This document shows positions 47,680 to 58,696 of a stretch of DNA of 64,000 nt, piece after piece. The position numbers and the translations under genes are program-made. Origin of the DNA: Candidatus Latescibacterota bacterium (GTDB lineage: Bacteria > Latescibacterota > UBA2968 > UBA8231); NCBI GenBank assembly GCA_965204725.1, contig OZ242005.1, positions 2,112,001 through 2,176,000 of the forward strand, read 5' to 3'. Positions within the stretch are counted from its first letter, which is position 1, and each line of letters opens with the position of its first letter. Below the pieces are notes generated by a model. The model was not told the origin of the DNA and made no database searches. It worked only from the letters and a program-made list of their open reading frames with translations.

Positions 47680-47874
47680 GCAATTTCTACCACAAAATAA
47701 GCGATGCGGAATCGGACGAATCCCAATATGATGGGGCTAGCGGCCGGCAAACAAAACGCTCACGGCCACATAAACGGCCACGGCGAGGCCGGCGATGAGC
47801 ACCGCGAGGGCCAGCAGCAGCCACGGCTCGTAGCGCGGCGGCTTGGGCGGGGTGTGCCGCTCGCCAAACATCGG

Positions 47875-48756
47875 CTAGGGCCGGCCTTCCCGCTGGTAGA
47901 GGGCAATGGAGATTTGGGTGCCCGGGAAGTGGACGGATGCGTGTTCCCAGTGCCGCTGACCGCGAATGTACACGCGCGTATCCCCGGAGCGGATGTGCAA
48001 CGAGCCGTTGTAGCGGCTGCAAATCTGGTTGACGATGTACAGCCCGAGGCCGCGCGTTGGGTCGCAGGAAAAGTGCTTCTTCAGGGAGTTGACTATGGCC
48101 GTGCCGTGCGACCAAGTCGCCGCGTCGTAGCGCACCGACAAGCTCTTTTTGATCCCGATCCCCAAGTCCCCCACCCCGATGACCACGTATTTTTTCCCGA
48201 CCCGCGAATTCAAGTAGCGCTGGGCCGTTAGGTAGCCCCAATTCTCGCTGTGGTCGAGAATGTTGTGGCACAGCTCGGCCACGACGTTCTTGAATTGGTT
48301 GATTTCCACTTCGGTGTAGCGCAATTCCTCGGCCAGAATCGCCTCTACGCGCTGGCCAATGTGGCCCAACACGGTCTCGATATCCGCCCGCTTCTCGATC
48401 CGCGTGATCTCCAACAGGGCCTCGCTTTCTTCCTTTTCCCGCTCCTGATCCACGATGAGCGTCGGGCCGATCAACTCAACTCCTTCCACGGCCGCGGCAA
48501 ACCGCACCCGGCCCAAATAGGTGCGCAGGGCAAAGGCGCGGGGCAGGTGAAAAACGACGCGTGACGACAGCGCGTCCCCGTAGCGCGCCATCAAGCACAA
48601 GGCCACCAAGCCGTAGGGGTCAATAAAGTGCAGGGCGCGCAAATCGACCTCTAGGGGCTGCCCGGGCACGGCCCCGTGCGCGTAGTCGAGAAACCCGACG
48701 AGGAGCTCGTCGGCCGTGCGCGGCGTCAGCTCGTCGGTGGGCAGGGCGAGGATCAC
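47875..48756 (-). CDS. STAS-like plus HATPase_c ATP-binding protein
   Basis: LHFIDPYGL, ELCHNILDHS, DLGIGI, RGLGL and FPGTQI motifs. Confidence 0.8.
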   Translation of the reverse strand: MILALPTDELTPRTADELLVGFLDYAHGAVPGQPLEVDLRALHFIDPYGLVALCLMARYGDALSSRVVFHLPRAFALRTYLGRVRFAAAVEGVELIGPTLIVDQEREKEESEALLEITRIEKRADIETVLGHIGQRVEAILAEELRYTEVEINQFKNVVAELCHNILDHSENWGYLTAQRYLNSRVGKKYVVIGVGDLGIGIKKSLSVRYDAATWSHGTAIVNSLKKHFSCDPTRGLGLYIVNQICSRYNGSLHIRSGDTRVYIRGQRHWEHASVHFPGTQISIALYQREGRP

Positions 48757-49505
48757 GGCTGGCTGGCTGGCGGCACCGGGCCGATCTCGTGCGCGACCGC
48801 AAACGCAAACGCAGCGCTCGTCACCGCCTTGGGGCGGTCGAAGGCATCGACCCGCAAGACGATGCCCTCGATCGCCACGGTGATCGCGCGCACCTTTTCG
48901 TGCAGCGGCGCAAAGACCACCTTGCCGCTATAGGTATCCCCCTTAAACACAAACGTATGCCGCCGGAACAACGCCTGCCGCACCAAGCCCAAGCGTTCCT
49001 GATAGTAGTAATCTTCGTTGCCGCCCTTGCCGCGCCGCTCCATGTAGTAGTGCTCAAAGCTGTTGTCCGCGTCGCGCTTGAGCACATCCCAGTATTGGTA
49101 CTCGCCGCCCCGATCGGTGCGCAATACCATTTTCGCCGGATCGACCCGCACCTTGGGATAGGTCTGGTTGACCACCGTCATCTCAAAGACCGTAAAGCGC
49201 GGCGGCGCGTAGCCCCGGTCCAAGTCGCGGTCCGTGCCGTAGGTAAAGGGATTTAGGTTTGGCTCGCGGAAGGTAAAACGGGCGTACTCCCGATTTAGGG
49301 CCTGATCGTCGAGATAGCGCAGCTTGAGGCGAAAGCCCTCTTGGGCAAAAACCGTGGTGCTATCTTCCGGGTCGAAGTAGTACGCGGCGTCCTGCAAAAG
49401 GGCGTCCTGCGGAACGACGCCGATGGCGTAGCGCAGGTCGGGCGGAAAGCGAATGCAGCCGACCGCCACGAGCAGCGCGAGCACACCCCACTTCCAAGCC
49501 TTCAT
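48753..49505 (-). CDS. Putative lipoprotein
   Basis: MKAWKWGVLALLVAVGC lipobox-like start. Confidence 0.7.
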   Translation of the reverse strand: MKAWKWGVLALLVAVGCIRFPPDLRYAIGVVPQDALLQDAAYYFDPEDSTTVFAQEGFRLKLRYLDDQALNREYARFTFREPNLNPFTYGTDRDLDRGYAPPRFTVFEMTVVNQTYPKVRVDPAKMVLRTDRGGEYQYWDVLKRDADNSFEHYYMERRGKGGNEDYYYQERLGLVRQALFRRHTFVFKGDTYSGKVVFAPLHEKVRAITVAIEGIVLRVDAFDRPKAVTSAAFAFAVAHEIGPVPPASQP

Positions 49506-52500
49506 TCCGCCGCCACCTCGCCCAAGTACGTGCGGCCGATTAGCTCCCGACTGCTGCGAGCAAACTCCAAAGCACGCCATTCTTCCTCTCTTCCCTCTAA
49601 GGCCGCTATGGCCTCCTCATAGGCTTGGGCGGCCCGGCGCCAGTCTTTTAGCTGGTAATAGGAAACCCCGATGTTGCACCGCGCCGCGGCCTCGCTGGGG
49701 GTGTTGGGGTATTGGACGATTACCTCCTCCAACACCGCGATGGCCCGCTCAAACTGGTCCTCGTCGTAGAGGGCCATGCCCTCGCTGTAGAGCGAGTCGG
49801 CCTCCGCGTCCGACAGATAGGCCAGCAACTGGCGCGCTTGCAACGCCTCGGCCGTCTCTGGAAAGCGCTCCACCACCTGCACGTAGAGCCGCGACGCTTT
49901 GAGGAACTGGTGGCCGTTGTAGTAGTAATCGCCGATGTGCATAAGCCCCTGATGGGCGCGTTCGTGCTGGGGATAATCGCGCGCCAAGCGCAAAAAGAGG
50001 TCGCGCATCGGCTCAACGCGCTCTAGCTCCAGTTGGCACCAAGCGGCGCCGTACAGGGCCTCGGGCGCATCCTTGCTGTCCGGGTAATCGTCGAACACGC
50101 GCTCATAGGCCGCCAGCGCCTGCTCGTATTCTTCGGCCTCGTAGTGTAGCTCCCCGATCAGCAGCTCGGCCTCGGCCGCCTGCGGCTGATCGGGATAGTC
50201 GGCGACCAACTCCTCAAAGGTCGCCCGCGCCGCGGCCGGATCGTCCCGCGCTTGCAGGCTGTGCCCCAAGTAGAACAGGGCGGCCGACTGCATCGACCGG
50301 CGCGGCGTCTCTTCCAAGACCGCGCCAAACGCCCGCGCCGCAGCCTCGTAATCGCGCTCGCCCAAGGCCACATTGCCCAGCTCAAAATGGAATTCGGCCG
50401 CCTCGGCCGACCCCTCGGCCCGCGCCAACCCCTCGGCCAAAGCCGCCCGCGCCGCGGCCAAGCTGTCTTGGGCCACCAACGCCCGGCCCAGCAGCAGCCA
50501 TGCGCGATCCTCCTGCTCCAGCAGGGGACGCACTTGGGCTGCGGCCTGCGCTGCCTCATCCTGCCCTAGATACCACTGAGCCAAGCCCAACGAGCCCTCG
50601 GTGCGCGTGGCTTCGTTGGTCATCATGGCGCGATAGACCGCTTCCATGCGCTGGCTATCCTCCAAGGTCTGGGCACACGCGCTCATCGCCTGCAACAAGG
50701 CGCGCCGCTGGTCGTCGGCCAGCCCCTCGGCCTGCAAAGCCGTCTCCCACGCCTCCCACGCCGCTTCGTACTGCTCGGTCTTGTACAAGCTCCAGCCCAA
50801 TCCCACCTGCGCTGCGGACGCGGCAACCCCCTCCAACTGCGGCAGGGCTTGGCGCAACAACGGCAGGGCTTGTTCGTGCTCGCCGCGCCCTTGGTGCAAC
50901 AGTCCCAACTGGGCGGTAAGCTGGGCATCGGGCGTCTTTTCCACCTGCCGCGCAATCAGGGCTATGGCCTCATCGGCCGCGCCCTCGGCCACGTAGAGCT
51001 GGGCCAGTTCCAACTGAGCGTGGGTGTACTGGGGCTGGGTTGGGCTGATGGACTCTAGCATCCGGCGCGCCGGTGCGCCGCGCCCGGCCTGCCGGTAGCG
51101 GCGGCCCAGCATCAAGGCGGCCAGCCCGCGCACGTCTTCGTCGGTGCATTGGGCCAAAATCTGTTCGTAGAGCGCGTCGCTTTGCTCGTGGCGCAGGCGG
51201 GCGATTTGCAACAGGGCGCGGCAGGCCAACTCCGGGGTGGCCTGCCCCCCTACCACCTGCTCAAACTGGGCCAAGGCTGCGGCCGAGTCGCTTAGGGCCT
51301 GATGGATCGTCCCCTGCCAAAACCGGGCCTCGGTCGCCAAGTACGACCCGACCTCGCCGTACAGGGCCAGCGCCTCGGCAAACCACACGTGGGCACTATC
51401 GGCGACCGCGCTCTCTTCCCCCATCAGCCGTAGGCACTCGGCTTGGCGGAACACGGCTTCGTCGAGCGACACCCCGGCCTCGTCTGTAAACGCTTGATAC
51501 GCCGTCAGGTAGAGCCGATGCGCCGCCAGCGACTCGGCATAGCGGCCCTCGTCAAAGAGCAGGCTCATCAGCCCGGCCTGCATCCGCGCCCGAAAAGCGG
51601 GCCGCTCGGCCTGCTCGGCCGCATAGCGATACACGTCCAAGCTGGCATCGACCCCGTGCGCCGCGTGGGCCAAAAGGGCCTGCCGCACCCAAGCCTGCTC
51701 GGCGAGCTGGGGCTCCTGCGGAAAGTCCCGGCTGACCTTCTTGTACGCGGCCAGCGACTCGGCATAGCGGCCCAACTCCTTGAGCATGTCCCCGCGCTTG
51801 ATCCACGCCTTGGCCGCCAGCGAGCGCCGCGACTGCCCTTCGCGCAACCCGGCCAAGGCCACGGCCCGCTTTTCCTCGTCGCCCATGCTCGCCGGGTCGT
51901 AGGCGTCGGCCAACGGCTCAAACACGGCCAACGCCTCGGCATAGCGGCCCAACTCCTCCAGCGCCAACCCCATCTGCAACTGCGCCCGGTCGGCCCGAAT
52001 TCCGGCGGGCGCGCGCTGCACGTACTCGCCAAAGGCCGCCACCGCCTCGGCGTACTCCTGCTGGTAAAACCACGCCCACCCTAGGGTATAGCGCGTGCGC
52101 TCGGCATAGCGGCCCTCGGGAAACAGGCGCAACAACACCTGACCGGCCGCAGCCGCCTGCGCGTATTCTGCGGCCTCAAAAAAGCACTCCACTACGAGAT
52201 AAGCCGCGGTCTCGCGCAGCTCAAACCCGACCTCGTCGCGCAACGCGGCAAAGCGCTCGGCCGCTTGCTGCAAGGACTCCGTAGCGCGCTCGGCCAGCGA
52301 ATCGGCCGTGGCGGAATCGGCCAACGCCGCCTCCTGCCGCCACAACTGCGCCTGCTTGCGGGCCATGTTGGCCAACTGGTAGCGCGCCGCCGCTTGGACG
52401 CCCACCGCGTATTCATCCACGACCACGCGCACGTGCGAGGCGCGCAGCAGCGCCCCATCCTGCACGTCCAACACGCCCTCGTACACCCGCTGCGCCCCGG

Positions 52501-52624
52501 CAAAGTCGCCGGTCGCCAAGAGCTTTTGCGCTCGCGTAAAGCGCTTGCCCAAATCCTCTGGATTGGTCACGAACTGGCTGCCGGTGACCAAGCCGGCCAG
52601 CATCAAGGGAAGCCAAATAGCCAT
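49502..52624 (-). CDS. Large exported TPR protein
   Basis: Many A.Y.LG and ...YP.S/T TPR units. Confidence 0.9.
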   Translation of the reverse strand: MAIWLPLMLAGLVTGSQFVTNPEDLGKRFTRAQKLLATGDFAGAQRVYEGVLDVQDGALLRASHVRVVVDEYAVGVQAAARYQLANMARKQAQLWRQEAALADSATADSLAERATESLQQAAERFAALRDEVGFELRETAAYLVVECFFEAAEYAQAAAAGQVLLRLFPEGRYAERTRYTLGWAWFYQQEYAEAVAAFGEYVQRAPAGIRADRAQLQMGLALEELGRYAEALAVFEPLADAYDPASMGDEEKRAVALAGLREGQSRRSLAAKAWIKRGDMLKELGRYAESLAAYKKVSRDFPQEPQLAEQAWVRQALLAHAAHGVDASLDVYRYAAEQAERPAFRARMQAGLMSLLFDEGRYAESLAAHRLYLTAYQAFTDEAGVSLDEAVFRQAECLRLMGEESAVADSAHVWFAEALALYGEVGSYLATEARFWQGTIHQALSDSAAALAQFEQVVGGQATPELACRALLQIARLRHEQSDALYEQILAQCTDEDVRGLAALMLGRRYRQAGRGAPARRMLESISPTQPQYTHAQLELAQLYVAEGAADEAIALIARQVEKTPDAQLTAQLGLLHQGRGEHEQALPLLRQALPQLEGVAASAAQVGLGWSLYKTEQYEAAWEAWETALQAEGLADDQRRALLQAMSACAQTLEDSQRMEAVYRAMMTNEATRTEGSLGLAQWYLGQDEAAQAAAQVRPLLEQEDRAWLLLGRALVAQDSLAAARAALAEGLARAEGSAEAAEFHFELGNVALGERDYEAAARAFGAVLEETPRRSMQSAALFYLGHSLQARDDPAAARATFEELVADYPDQPQAAEAELLIGELHYEAEEYEQALAAYERVFDDYPDSKDAPEALYGAAWCQLELERVEPMRDLFLRLARDYPQHERAHQGLMHIGDYYYNGHQFLKASRLYVQVVERFPETAEALQARQLLAYLSDAEADSLYSEGMALYDEDQFERAIAVLEEVIVQYPNTPSEAAARCNIGVSYYQLKDWRRAAQAYEEAIAALEGREEEWRALEFARSSRELIGRTYLGEVAAE

Positions 52625-55245
52625 TAGCGTTCGTATCCGGCGATGACCGAGATGAAAAACCGCGACACCCCGCCGTCGCGGGTCCGCGCCACGGCCGGAT
52701 CGTCAAATTCTTCGTGGCGCAGCTCGATCCCGGTGTTGGCGACCATAGTGTAGCCGATGTACGTGCCTCGCACCGTGAACATCAGCACCGAACTCGCCGA
52801 GCGCAGCTCGCGCTCGCGATCCACTCGGTCGAAGAAGCGAAAGGCCAGCGCGGGCAACAGGGTGCGCGTGAACGGCACCCCTAGCCCCTGCTGACCAAAT
52901 TGCACCAAGGTATTTTCCGTTAGCCGCCAATCGGCCCGCAAGATGGGCGCGAGCTGGTTCCACGACTCGACCGCCCGCCGTCGGTCGCTGGCGGTGACGT
53001 GCTTGTACAGGTGCTTGAGCATGACTTGGACGCGCAGGCGGGACAACTCGTAGGTGTAGTCCGCCTTGTTGACCATGGTGAAGGTCTGCCGGCGGGCCGA
53101 AGCCGCCAACTGCCGGTTCACGATCCACTGCGCGTTGTTTTCAATGTGGAGCTGGTCCAACCGCGCAAAGCGGGTGCCGACAAACGAGGTATGCACCCAC
53201 GAGTCGGCCATGAGCAAGGCGTCGGGCGTGGGCGGCTGGTCTGGGTTGTTGTTCTCGCCGGCGCGAAAGACATAGACCGAGTCTGGCACCGTGTCCTCGA
53301 CCCGCTTGCTGTCGTGGTCGAGCTGGACTTGCCCCCACCGCGGCACGTCGAAGCGGTAGGACACCCGCCCGTAGCGCGACACCGCCCGCCCCGGCCCGGC
53401 GATCTCATCTTGGCGATAGTAGCCGATCCCGGCCGACAGGCCGCTCCACCGCGGCAAGGCGACAAAGCCGTGCAGGCCGCGCCGGTCGCGGTCGTAGGGG
53501 TAGTCGGGCTTGTTGTCGTTTTCGCGCTCGTCAATGACGCCGTTGTTGTTCAAGTCAATGCCATAGACAAACTCCTGCGGATCGGAGTAGTAGAGCAAAA
53601 ACGGCTCCTCAAAATCCGGGACGCCATTGGCGTTTTTGTCGTCGTCGGGGATGTTGTCGTTGTCCTCGTCTAGCCCGGGGAAGACGCCGGACTCGGTCTC
53701 CGAGCCGTTGGGATAATCGCGCAAGTTGTCGTCGGCGTAGCGGTCGTTGTCGTCGTTGTCATCGACCAAGGGGAACTCGGACAGCACCTGTTGATCTTGG
53801 CTTTCCCCGCCCAAGTCCGTGTAGAGCCGCACCCCGCCGCGCCGGCTGTCGTACCCGCCGCCGTAGCGCGGCCCCATCGCAAAGAGTTCGCCCCCCACCT
53901 CCAAGCGACCCACGTCCTTGAGCGCGTTGACGTACCACCCGGCCGCCTGCTGGGTGCCGTGCCGGCCGCGCAGCACCGGGAAGCTGCGGTAGAGCAGGTT
54001 GCGCTGGTATTCGCCGCGCACCTTCAGCCCCACAAACGTACCCTCCACGTCAAAGCCAAAAATCGTCTGCCCCGTAGAAAAGCCGTGATCGAATTCCACG
54101 GCCCGCCGGTTGGAAAAATCCCGCACCTCCCCGGTCGCTCGCACCCGCGTCTCAAAGGACGTGTTGCGCGGGGTGAACTGATTGCGCAGCGCGTCGAAAA
54201 AGGGGTGCTGTTGCGCCACCTCAATGCGGTAGTCGTTGGCCACGACGGCCCGCACCCGCGCCCGGCGCGACGCGAAATTCTCCGGCACGACAAACAGGTA
54301 TTCCACCGCCTCCTCGCCGCGCACCTCGCGAAAGCCATCGCCGCGCCGCCCGCCCAACACCTGCGGTTGCAGCACCGGGTCGAAGCGCTCGTCGCCCGGG
54401 TCGCTGCTAATCGTGGTCGCTCCCTCCGGCCCTTCCCCTTCCAATTCAATAATAATGTCGTACACAACGGCCCCGGCCTCATCGCTTTGCGGCGAGTCGT
54501 CGCGGACGCGCACGGTAATTTCGCTCGGGGCCTGCATGGCCGGATAGGGAATGCCGCCGCGCAAAAAGCCGCCGGCGCTACCTCGGGCCGTATTGGCTTG
54601 GTGTTGGTTGACAAAGGTCGCGCCAAAGCGCAGCACATCGCCTATCCGCGTCTGCCAGTGGCCGGCGAGATTGTACACCGGGTTTTCCTCGATCCGCTCC
54701 AAGTAGTCAATGAGCGACCCTCGCCCTTGGGCCACCGGGTCGGAGAAGCTGTTGAGCGTGGGGAACAGCGACGAGTCAAAGCCGCGCGTGGTCAGCAAGG
54801 TGATTTTGTTGCCCGGAAAGATGACGTCCCAGCGCAAGCCATTAAAGCCGGCTTGCCGAAACGTCAACGGCGTAAACTCGGTACGCACCTCGTCGCCCAC
54901 AGTCAGGGACCAATGCCACGGGCCGTAGCTGTCGTGGGCGATGATTAGGTTGTTGAGCGAGCGATAGAGCCGGTCCTTGAGGATGCGGCTGCCCCCAGGC
55001 CGCTGCTCGTCCAACTCATAGACGAGGAAGCCCTCGGCGAGGAAGCGGCCGAGGAAGTCGTAGCGCGGCGCCAAGCGAATCTCGCGGCGATAGGGCCGGT
55101 AGAGGTCCTCGCCGTAGTTGGTGTACGCGCTCAGGGGCGGGCGGCGCAAAAAGTGGCGCGGCGGCGTAGCGTCGGGCAAATCCGCCGCCAGCGGGCTTCC
55201 AGCAACCAGCAAGGCACTCACGAGAATCCATCGTCGGCCGCTCAT
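52624..55245 (-). CDS. Exported or outer-membrane protein with an Asp/Asn-rich calcium-binding-like segment
   Basis: Signal peptide MSGRRW; DDNDDND, DEDNDNIPD and DLNNNGVID repeats; beta-rich. Confidence 0.7.
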   Translation of the reverse strand: MSGRRWILVSALLVAGSPLAADLPDATPPRHFLRRPPLSAYTNYGEDLYRPYRREIRLAPRYDFLGRFLAEGFLVYELDEQRPGGSRILKDRLYRSLNNLIIAHDSYGPWHWSLTVGDEVRTEFTPLTFRQAGFNGLRWDVIFPGNKITLLTTRGFDSSLFPTLNSFSDPVAQGRGSLIDYLERIEENPVYNLAGHWQTRIGDVLRFGATFVNQHQANTARGSAGGFLRGGIPYPAMQAPSEITVRVRDDSPQSDEAGAVVYDIIIELEGEGPEGATTISSDPGDERFDPVLQPQVLGGRRGDGFREVRGEEAVEYLFVVPENFASRRARVRAVVANDYRIEVAQQHPFFDALRNQFTPRNTSFETRVRATGEVRDFSNRRAVEFDHGFSTGQTIFGFDVEGTFVGLKVRGEYQRNLLYRSFPVLRGRHGTQQAAGWYVNALKDVGRLEVGGELFAMGPRYGGGYDSRRGGVRLYTDLGGESQDQQVLSEFPLVDDNDDNDRYADDNLRDYPNGSETESGVFPGLDEDNDNIPDDDKNANGVPDFEEPFLLYYSDPQEFVYGIDLNNNGVIDERENDNKPDYPYDRDRRGLHGFVALPRWSGLSAGIGYYRQDEIAGPGRAVSRYGRVSYRFDVPRWGQVQLDHDSKRVEDTVPDSVYVFRAGENNNPDQPPTPDALLMADSWVHTSFVGTRFARLDQLHIENNAQWIVNRQLAASARRQTFTMVNKADYTYELSRLRVQVMLKHLYKHVTASDRRRAVESWNQLAPILRADWRLTENTLVQFGQQGLGVPFTRTLLPALAFRFFDRVDRERELRSASSVLMFTVRGTYIGYTMVANTGIELRHEEFDDPAVARTRDGGVSRFFISVIAGYER

Positions 55246-55271
55246 ACAAATCTCCTTCTTCCCCTGTTTCA

Positions 55272-56939
55272 TTAGTACACCACCCCGACCAGACCCGTCC
55301 ACACATCGGCGCGGTCGGCGTCAATTTCAATGCGCAGCAGATAATGCCCGGGCGCGACCAGCCGCCCGCTCTCGTCGCGGCCATCCCACGCCAAGCGCTT
55401 GCGGCCGGCCGCAGCCAGCCGCTCGTCCCACAGCACTCGCCGCTTCCTTCCGGCCAAGTCGTATAGGGCCACCGTCAACGCCTGCGGGTGCTGCACCTTG
55501 GCCAAGTCGATCTGGATTCGGGCTGGCCCCGAGGCCGCGTTGAAGGGATTGGGCTGCACGGACACGCCGGTGCGCGGCAGGGCGCGGCCAACCACTCCTT
55601 CTCCGACCAAGGTCCAAGCATCTTCCACGGCCGGCCGCACGTTCTGCCTATTCGCGCTATCGCCCAAGGCAACAGCCGCCCGCACCGCCAGCGTCGGCCG
55701 CAACAGCACCGACGCAAACTCCACTTCGAGCCGCCCCGACCGCTGCACGCGGTGCTCGGCCCCCAACGCCAACCACAGCCCCTCGTCGTCCCACCCGGCC
55801 TCATACTCGTCCTCCGGCAGGGCGAACCCGTCGAACCGCACCTGCTGCACCGCGCCCGGCAGGCCGATATGCACTCGGTCAAACCCGAGATCTTCGGGGC
55901 CGATTTCCACGTCGAGCGCGTAGGTGAACACCGTCTCTGCGCCCAACACCGGCCGCTGCGGCGCAATCGCCCCGGCCACCGCACGGGCAAAAAGCTGTTC
56001 GCCAAAGGCGACCGCCACCTGCATCAGCCCGGGTGCCCGCAGCGGATCGCGCGTTTCCATGGCCGCCCGATACTGCAAAAACTGCGCCGGCTCCGGCTCA
56101 GTCAAAGCCACGCCCGCGCCGACTTCTGCCAAGTCCCACGCCGGCACCCGGTGCCACTCGGGCCACGTCTCCCCATCGGCCGAGGTGCGGAACTGCACCC
56201 GCAAGGCCGTGCCTGGGGGCGTCTCGCCAGCAAACCACACGCGCCCCAAGTTGACCGGCTGCCCGGCGTCAAACACGGCCGACTCAAACGTCCCCTCGGC
56301 CCCAAACCCCTCGCCGAACACTTCGACCTCGCCGATGGAGACCCAGTTGGGAGGGTCCTCCCGCGTCAGGCGCAGGCGCACAAAGCGGCCCAGCACCGGC
56401 AGGGGCACCCCATCCGCTCCGGTCTCGATCCACGTCGAATCGACCGACGTATCAACGGTCGGGCGGATATTTTCCGCCTGTTGCGCCACCAACACCCAAT
56501 CGTCGGGCGTGGCCTCCCGCGCCACTTCGAGGCGGTAGCCTTTGACGAAGAACAGGGGGCGTTGAGCCACGGTCTTGCCCGGCAGCAGGCGCACTTGGCT
56601 CACGCCGCGGTCGCCTCCTAAGTCGATCTGAATCCACTTGCCCAGCACTTCGACCTCGTTGTCAAAGCGCCACTCCGTGTCGGCATTGCCGTCGGTGACG
56701 CTGCGCCGGCCGCTCAAGGTGTTCGGCCCGGAGGCGGCTGACGCCTCCAAGGCGAGGTTGACCCCGCGGAAGGAGGCCAGCGACACCCGCCCCGCGCTGT
56801 CGATTTCCGTGCCGGCAAAGAGGCCGCCGGAAAAACTGTCGGCCCCGGCTTGCACCCATTCGCCGGCCAGCGCCGGAGCGCAGCCGAGCACGGCCAAGCC
56901 GAGCACATAACCCATCGCGTTAATTTTCATTTTCATCAT
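55272..56939 (-). CDS. Secreted discoidin-like protein with a FlgD-type Ig C-terminal domain
   Basis: WIQIDLG and EVEVFG motifs; C-terminal PNPF...WDGRDESG...PGHY. Confidence 0.8.
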   Translation of the reverse strand: MMKMKINAMGYVLGLAVLGCAPALAGEWVQAGADSFSGGLFAGTEIDSAGRVSLASFRGVNLALEASAASGPNTLSGRRSVTDGNADTEWRFDNEVEVLGKWIQIDLGGDRGVSQVRLLPGKTVAQRPLFFVKGYRLEVAREATPDDWVLVAQQAENIRPTVDTSVDSTWIETGADGVPLPVLGRFVRLRLTREDPPNWVSIGEVEVFGEGFGAEGTFESAVFDAGQPVNLGRVWFAGETPPGTALRVQFRTSADGETWPEWHRVPAWDLAEVGAGVALTEPEPAQFLQYRAAMETRDPLRAPGLMQVAVAFGEQLFARAVAGAIAPQRPVLGAETVFTYALDVEIGPEDLGFDRVHIGLPGAVQQVRFDGFALPEDEYEAGWDDEGLWLALGAEHRVQRSGRLEVEFASVLLRPTLAVRAAVALGDSANRQNVRPAVEDAWTLVGEGVVGRALPRTGVSVQPNPFNAASGPARIQIDLAKVQHPQALTVALYDLAGRKRRVLWDERLAAAGRKRLAWDGRDESGRLVAPGHYLLRIEIDADRADVWTGLVGVVY

Positions 56940-57225
56940 CGATCCAAGCCTCCAAACCCCAAACTTTTAACGAGTGCCTCAAGGCAAAACGCGGTTGCTG
57001 AAAGCGCAAAGTCAGGCCCAGTTCCCCCAAAGCGATTACGTCTTTTCTCAGCCATGGGCTGAATTCCCGCACCTCATTCGACACGATGCAGACCTCGGTT
57101 ATCCCCTCCTCGGCATACTCTTCGAGGCAGTCGCGCAAGACTTTGAACTCCCTCTTCTTGATATACCCCACGAATTCGATGGTTATCGTCTTGTCGCCGC
57201 GCTCCAAGATGTCAATGCGTACCAT
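56920..57225 (-). CDS. Small STAS-like hypothetical protein
   Basis: GGAGGAGG RBS; alpha/beta pattern ending LKVWGL. Confidence 0.6.
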   Translation of the reverse strand: MVRIDILERGDKTITIEFVGYIKKREFKVLRDCLEEYAEEGITEVCIVSNEVREFSPWLRKDVIALGELGLTLRFQQPRFALRHSLKVWGLEAWIDDENEN

Positions 57226-57238
57226 GGTCCTCCTCCTC

Positions 57239-58579
57239 TCAATCTACTTCAACGAGTTGTCGCGCTAGTGATCCCTCGCGCGTCAGGGCGTACACCACGA
57301 GATTCACCCCCAAATTATAGACCAACGGCTCCTCGGCACTGGCCATACCCGCGTGGTTGCTTACGCCATTGGTCAACGACCAATCAACCAACTCCCGACC
57401 GATGCCCGCCCAGAAGTCGGCGTAGTTGCGCATCGAATACACCCCCACCAACTGATCCCCGACTAGGATGCCCTCCAAATAGTCTGGGGTTCGGGGCGGA
57501 TATTCTCCGGCGATAAAGTGTATATCGCGCATTCCTCGCGGCAGGCTCTTTACATCGTAGAAGCAACGATAGAGCGGATGGTTGATCTCCAGCCGGGCAA
57601 ACTGCCAGTCCTTCCACTCTCGATAGCCCACCGCTTGGAAGCCAGCCCGAATGAGGGACCGCACCGCCGGAATGTCTAATTCGTCATCGCGGTAAGTGTC
57701 CCACAACAGGCTGACAATATCCACAAACAGGAAGCCGCCAGAGGTCAGATACGCCCCGAGGTTGGCCGCCTCGCTATTCGTAAACTCAAAGGGGGTATCG
57801 ACCGTCATCAGCACGAAGGGGACTTCCAAAAGCTGCGGATCCTCCAGCGAGACCGCGTCGCGCACTTCCACGTGTACCTGCGTATTCGCGACCATCTTAT
57901 CGGCCAACCCTTGCAGCATCCGCCGCTCGACCATTTGGCGCGGCATCTGGTGATACCAGCGCACCTTCATGGTTTCGGCCTGTTTGCTGTACTCAGCCCG
58001 ATCAATGGAAGGGCTATAGACGCCGGACATATAGAGGAATCCCTTGAGCTGCCGCCGGTCTTTTGGATCGACGACCACCATCGCCCGGTGCCGACCCGTG
58101 TCCATGGCCTGCACGTCCATCAGGTCTAAGGCCAAGTCGATCTCGGCGGCCCCTTGCCGCGTCCCTTTGAGCGCGCCAGCCTGCATTTGCGGACCAATGT
58201 GCCGAGCCGGGAAATCCGGCACGGGTAGCACCAGCCGATCCGGCAGGGCCGCTGTTGGCAGCCTCAGTGCCGCCGACTTGAACATGGGCAGGGCGCGCGT
58301 GGCCGTGGGGGCCGGGCGCACCGCAGCGACCGGGGCTGCTTGCAGGGCGGGGCGACGCACCAACGGGCGTTGCCGGGGCCGTTGCCGACGGTTCAGGGTG
58401 CGTTGCGGCGGCGGGCGTTTGGTAAACTCCACCATGATCGGCTGTAGGACGGGAAATTGGGCAGCCTGATCGCGATGCGTGATGCCGAAGATCACCAACA
58501 GATGCAAGGCCAGCGACGCCGCCAAGCAGCCTTGGAACTTTCTGTTTTTGCGAAGCGGAACTTTCCACGGGCGTCTCAT
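57239..58579 (-). CDS. DUF4159-like protein with an N-terminal anchor and Pro/Arg-rich linker
   Basis: LAASLALH anchor; NLGAYLTSGGFLFVD, HPLYRCFY and LGVNLVVYALT motifs; start uncertain (58579 or 58648). Confidence 0.75.
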   Translation of the reverse strand: MRRPWKVPLRKNRKFQGCLAASLALHLLVIFGITHRDQAAQFPVLQPIMVEFTKRPPPQRTLNRRQRPRQRPLVRRPALQAAPVAAVRPAPTATRALPMFKSAALRLPTAALPDRLVLPVPDFPARHIGPQMQAGALKGTRQGAAEIDLALDLMDVQAMDTGRHRAMVVVDPKDRRQLKGFLYMSGVYSPSIDRAEYSKQAETMKVRWYHQMPRQMVERRMLQGLADKMVANTQVHVEVRDAVSLEDPQLLEVPFVLMTVDTPFEFTNSEAANLGAYLTSGGFLFVDIVSLLWDTYRDDELDIPAVRSLIRAGFQAVGYREWKDWQFARLEINHPLYRCFYDVKSLPRGMRDIHFIAGEYPPRTPDYLEGILVGDQLVGVYSMRNYADFWAGIGRELVDWSLTNGVSNHAGMASAEEPLVYNLGVNLVVYALTREGSLARQLVEVD

Positions 58580-58696
58580 CGGTTCACGTCCTTTAATAGA
58601 TGCTTGGGCTGTTTCATGCCGTCTCATCCTCGTGCGCGTCATCTTCAAACCACCCCCGGAAGCGGGTGAATCGGCCTCGTCTCTACGAATTATCTA

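Noticed and set aside
47687-48271. ORFs 47687-48271 (-) and 47704-48231 (+)
   Set aside because: They overlap the HATPase gene in other frames and show no recognisable motifs.
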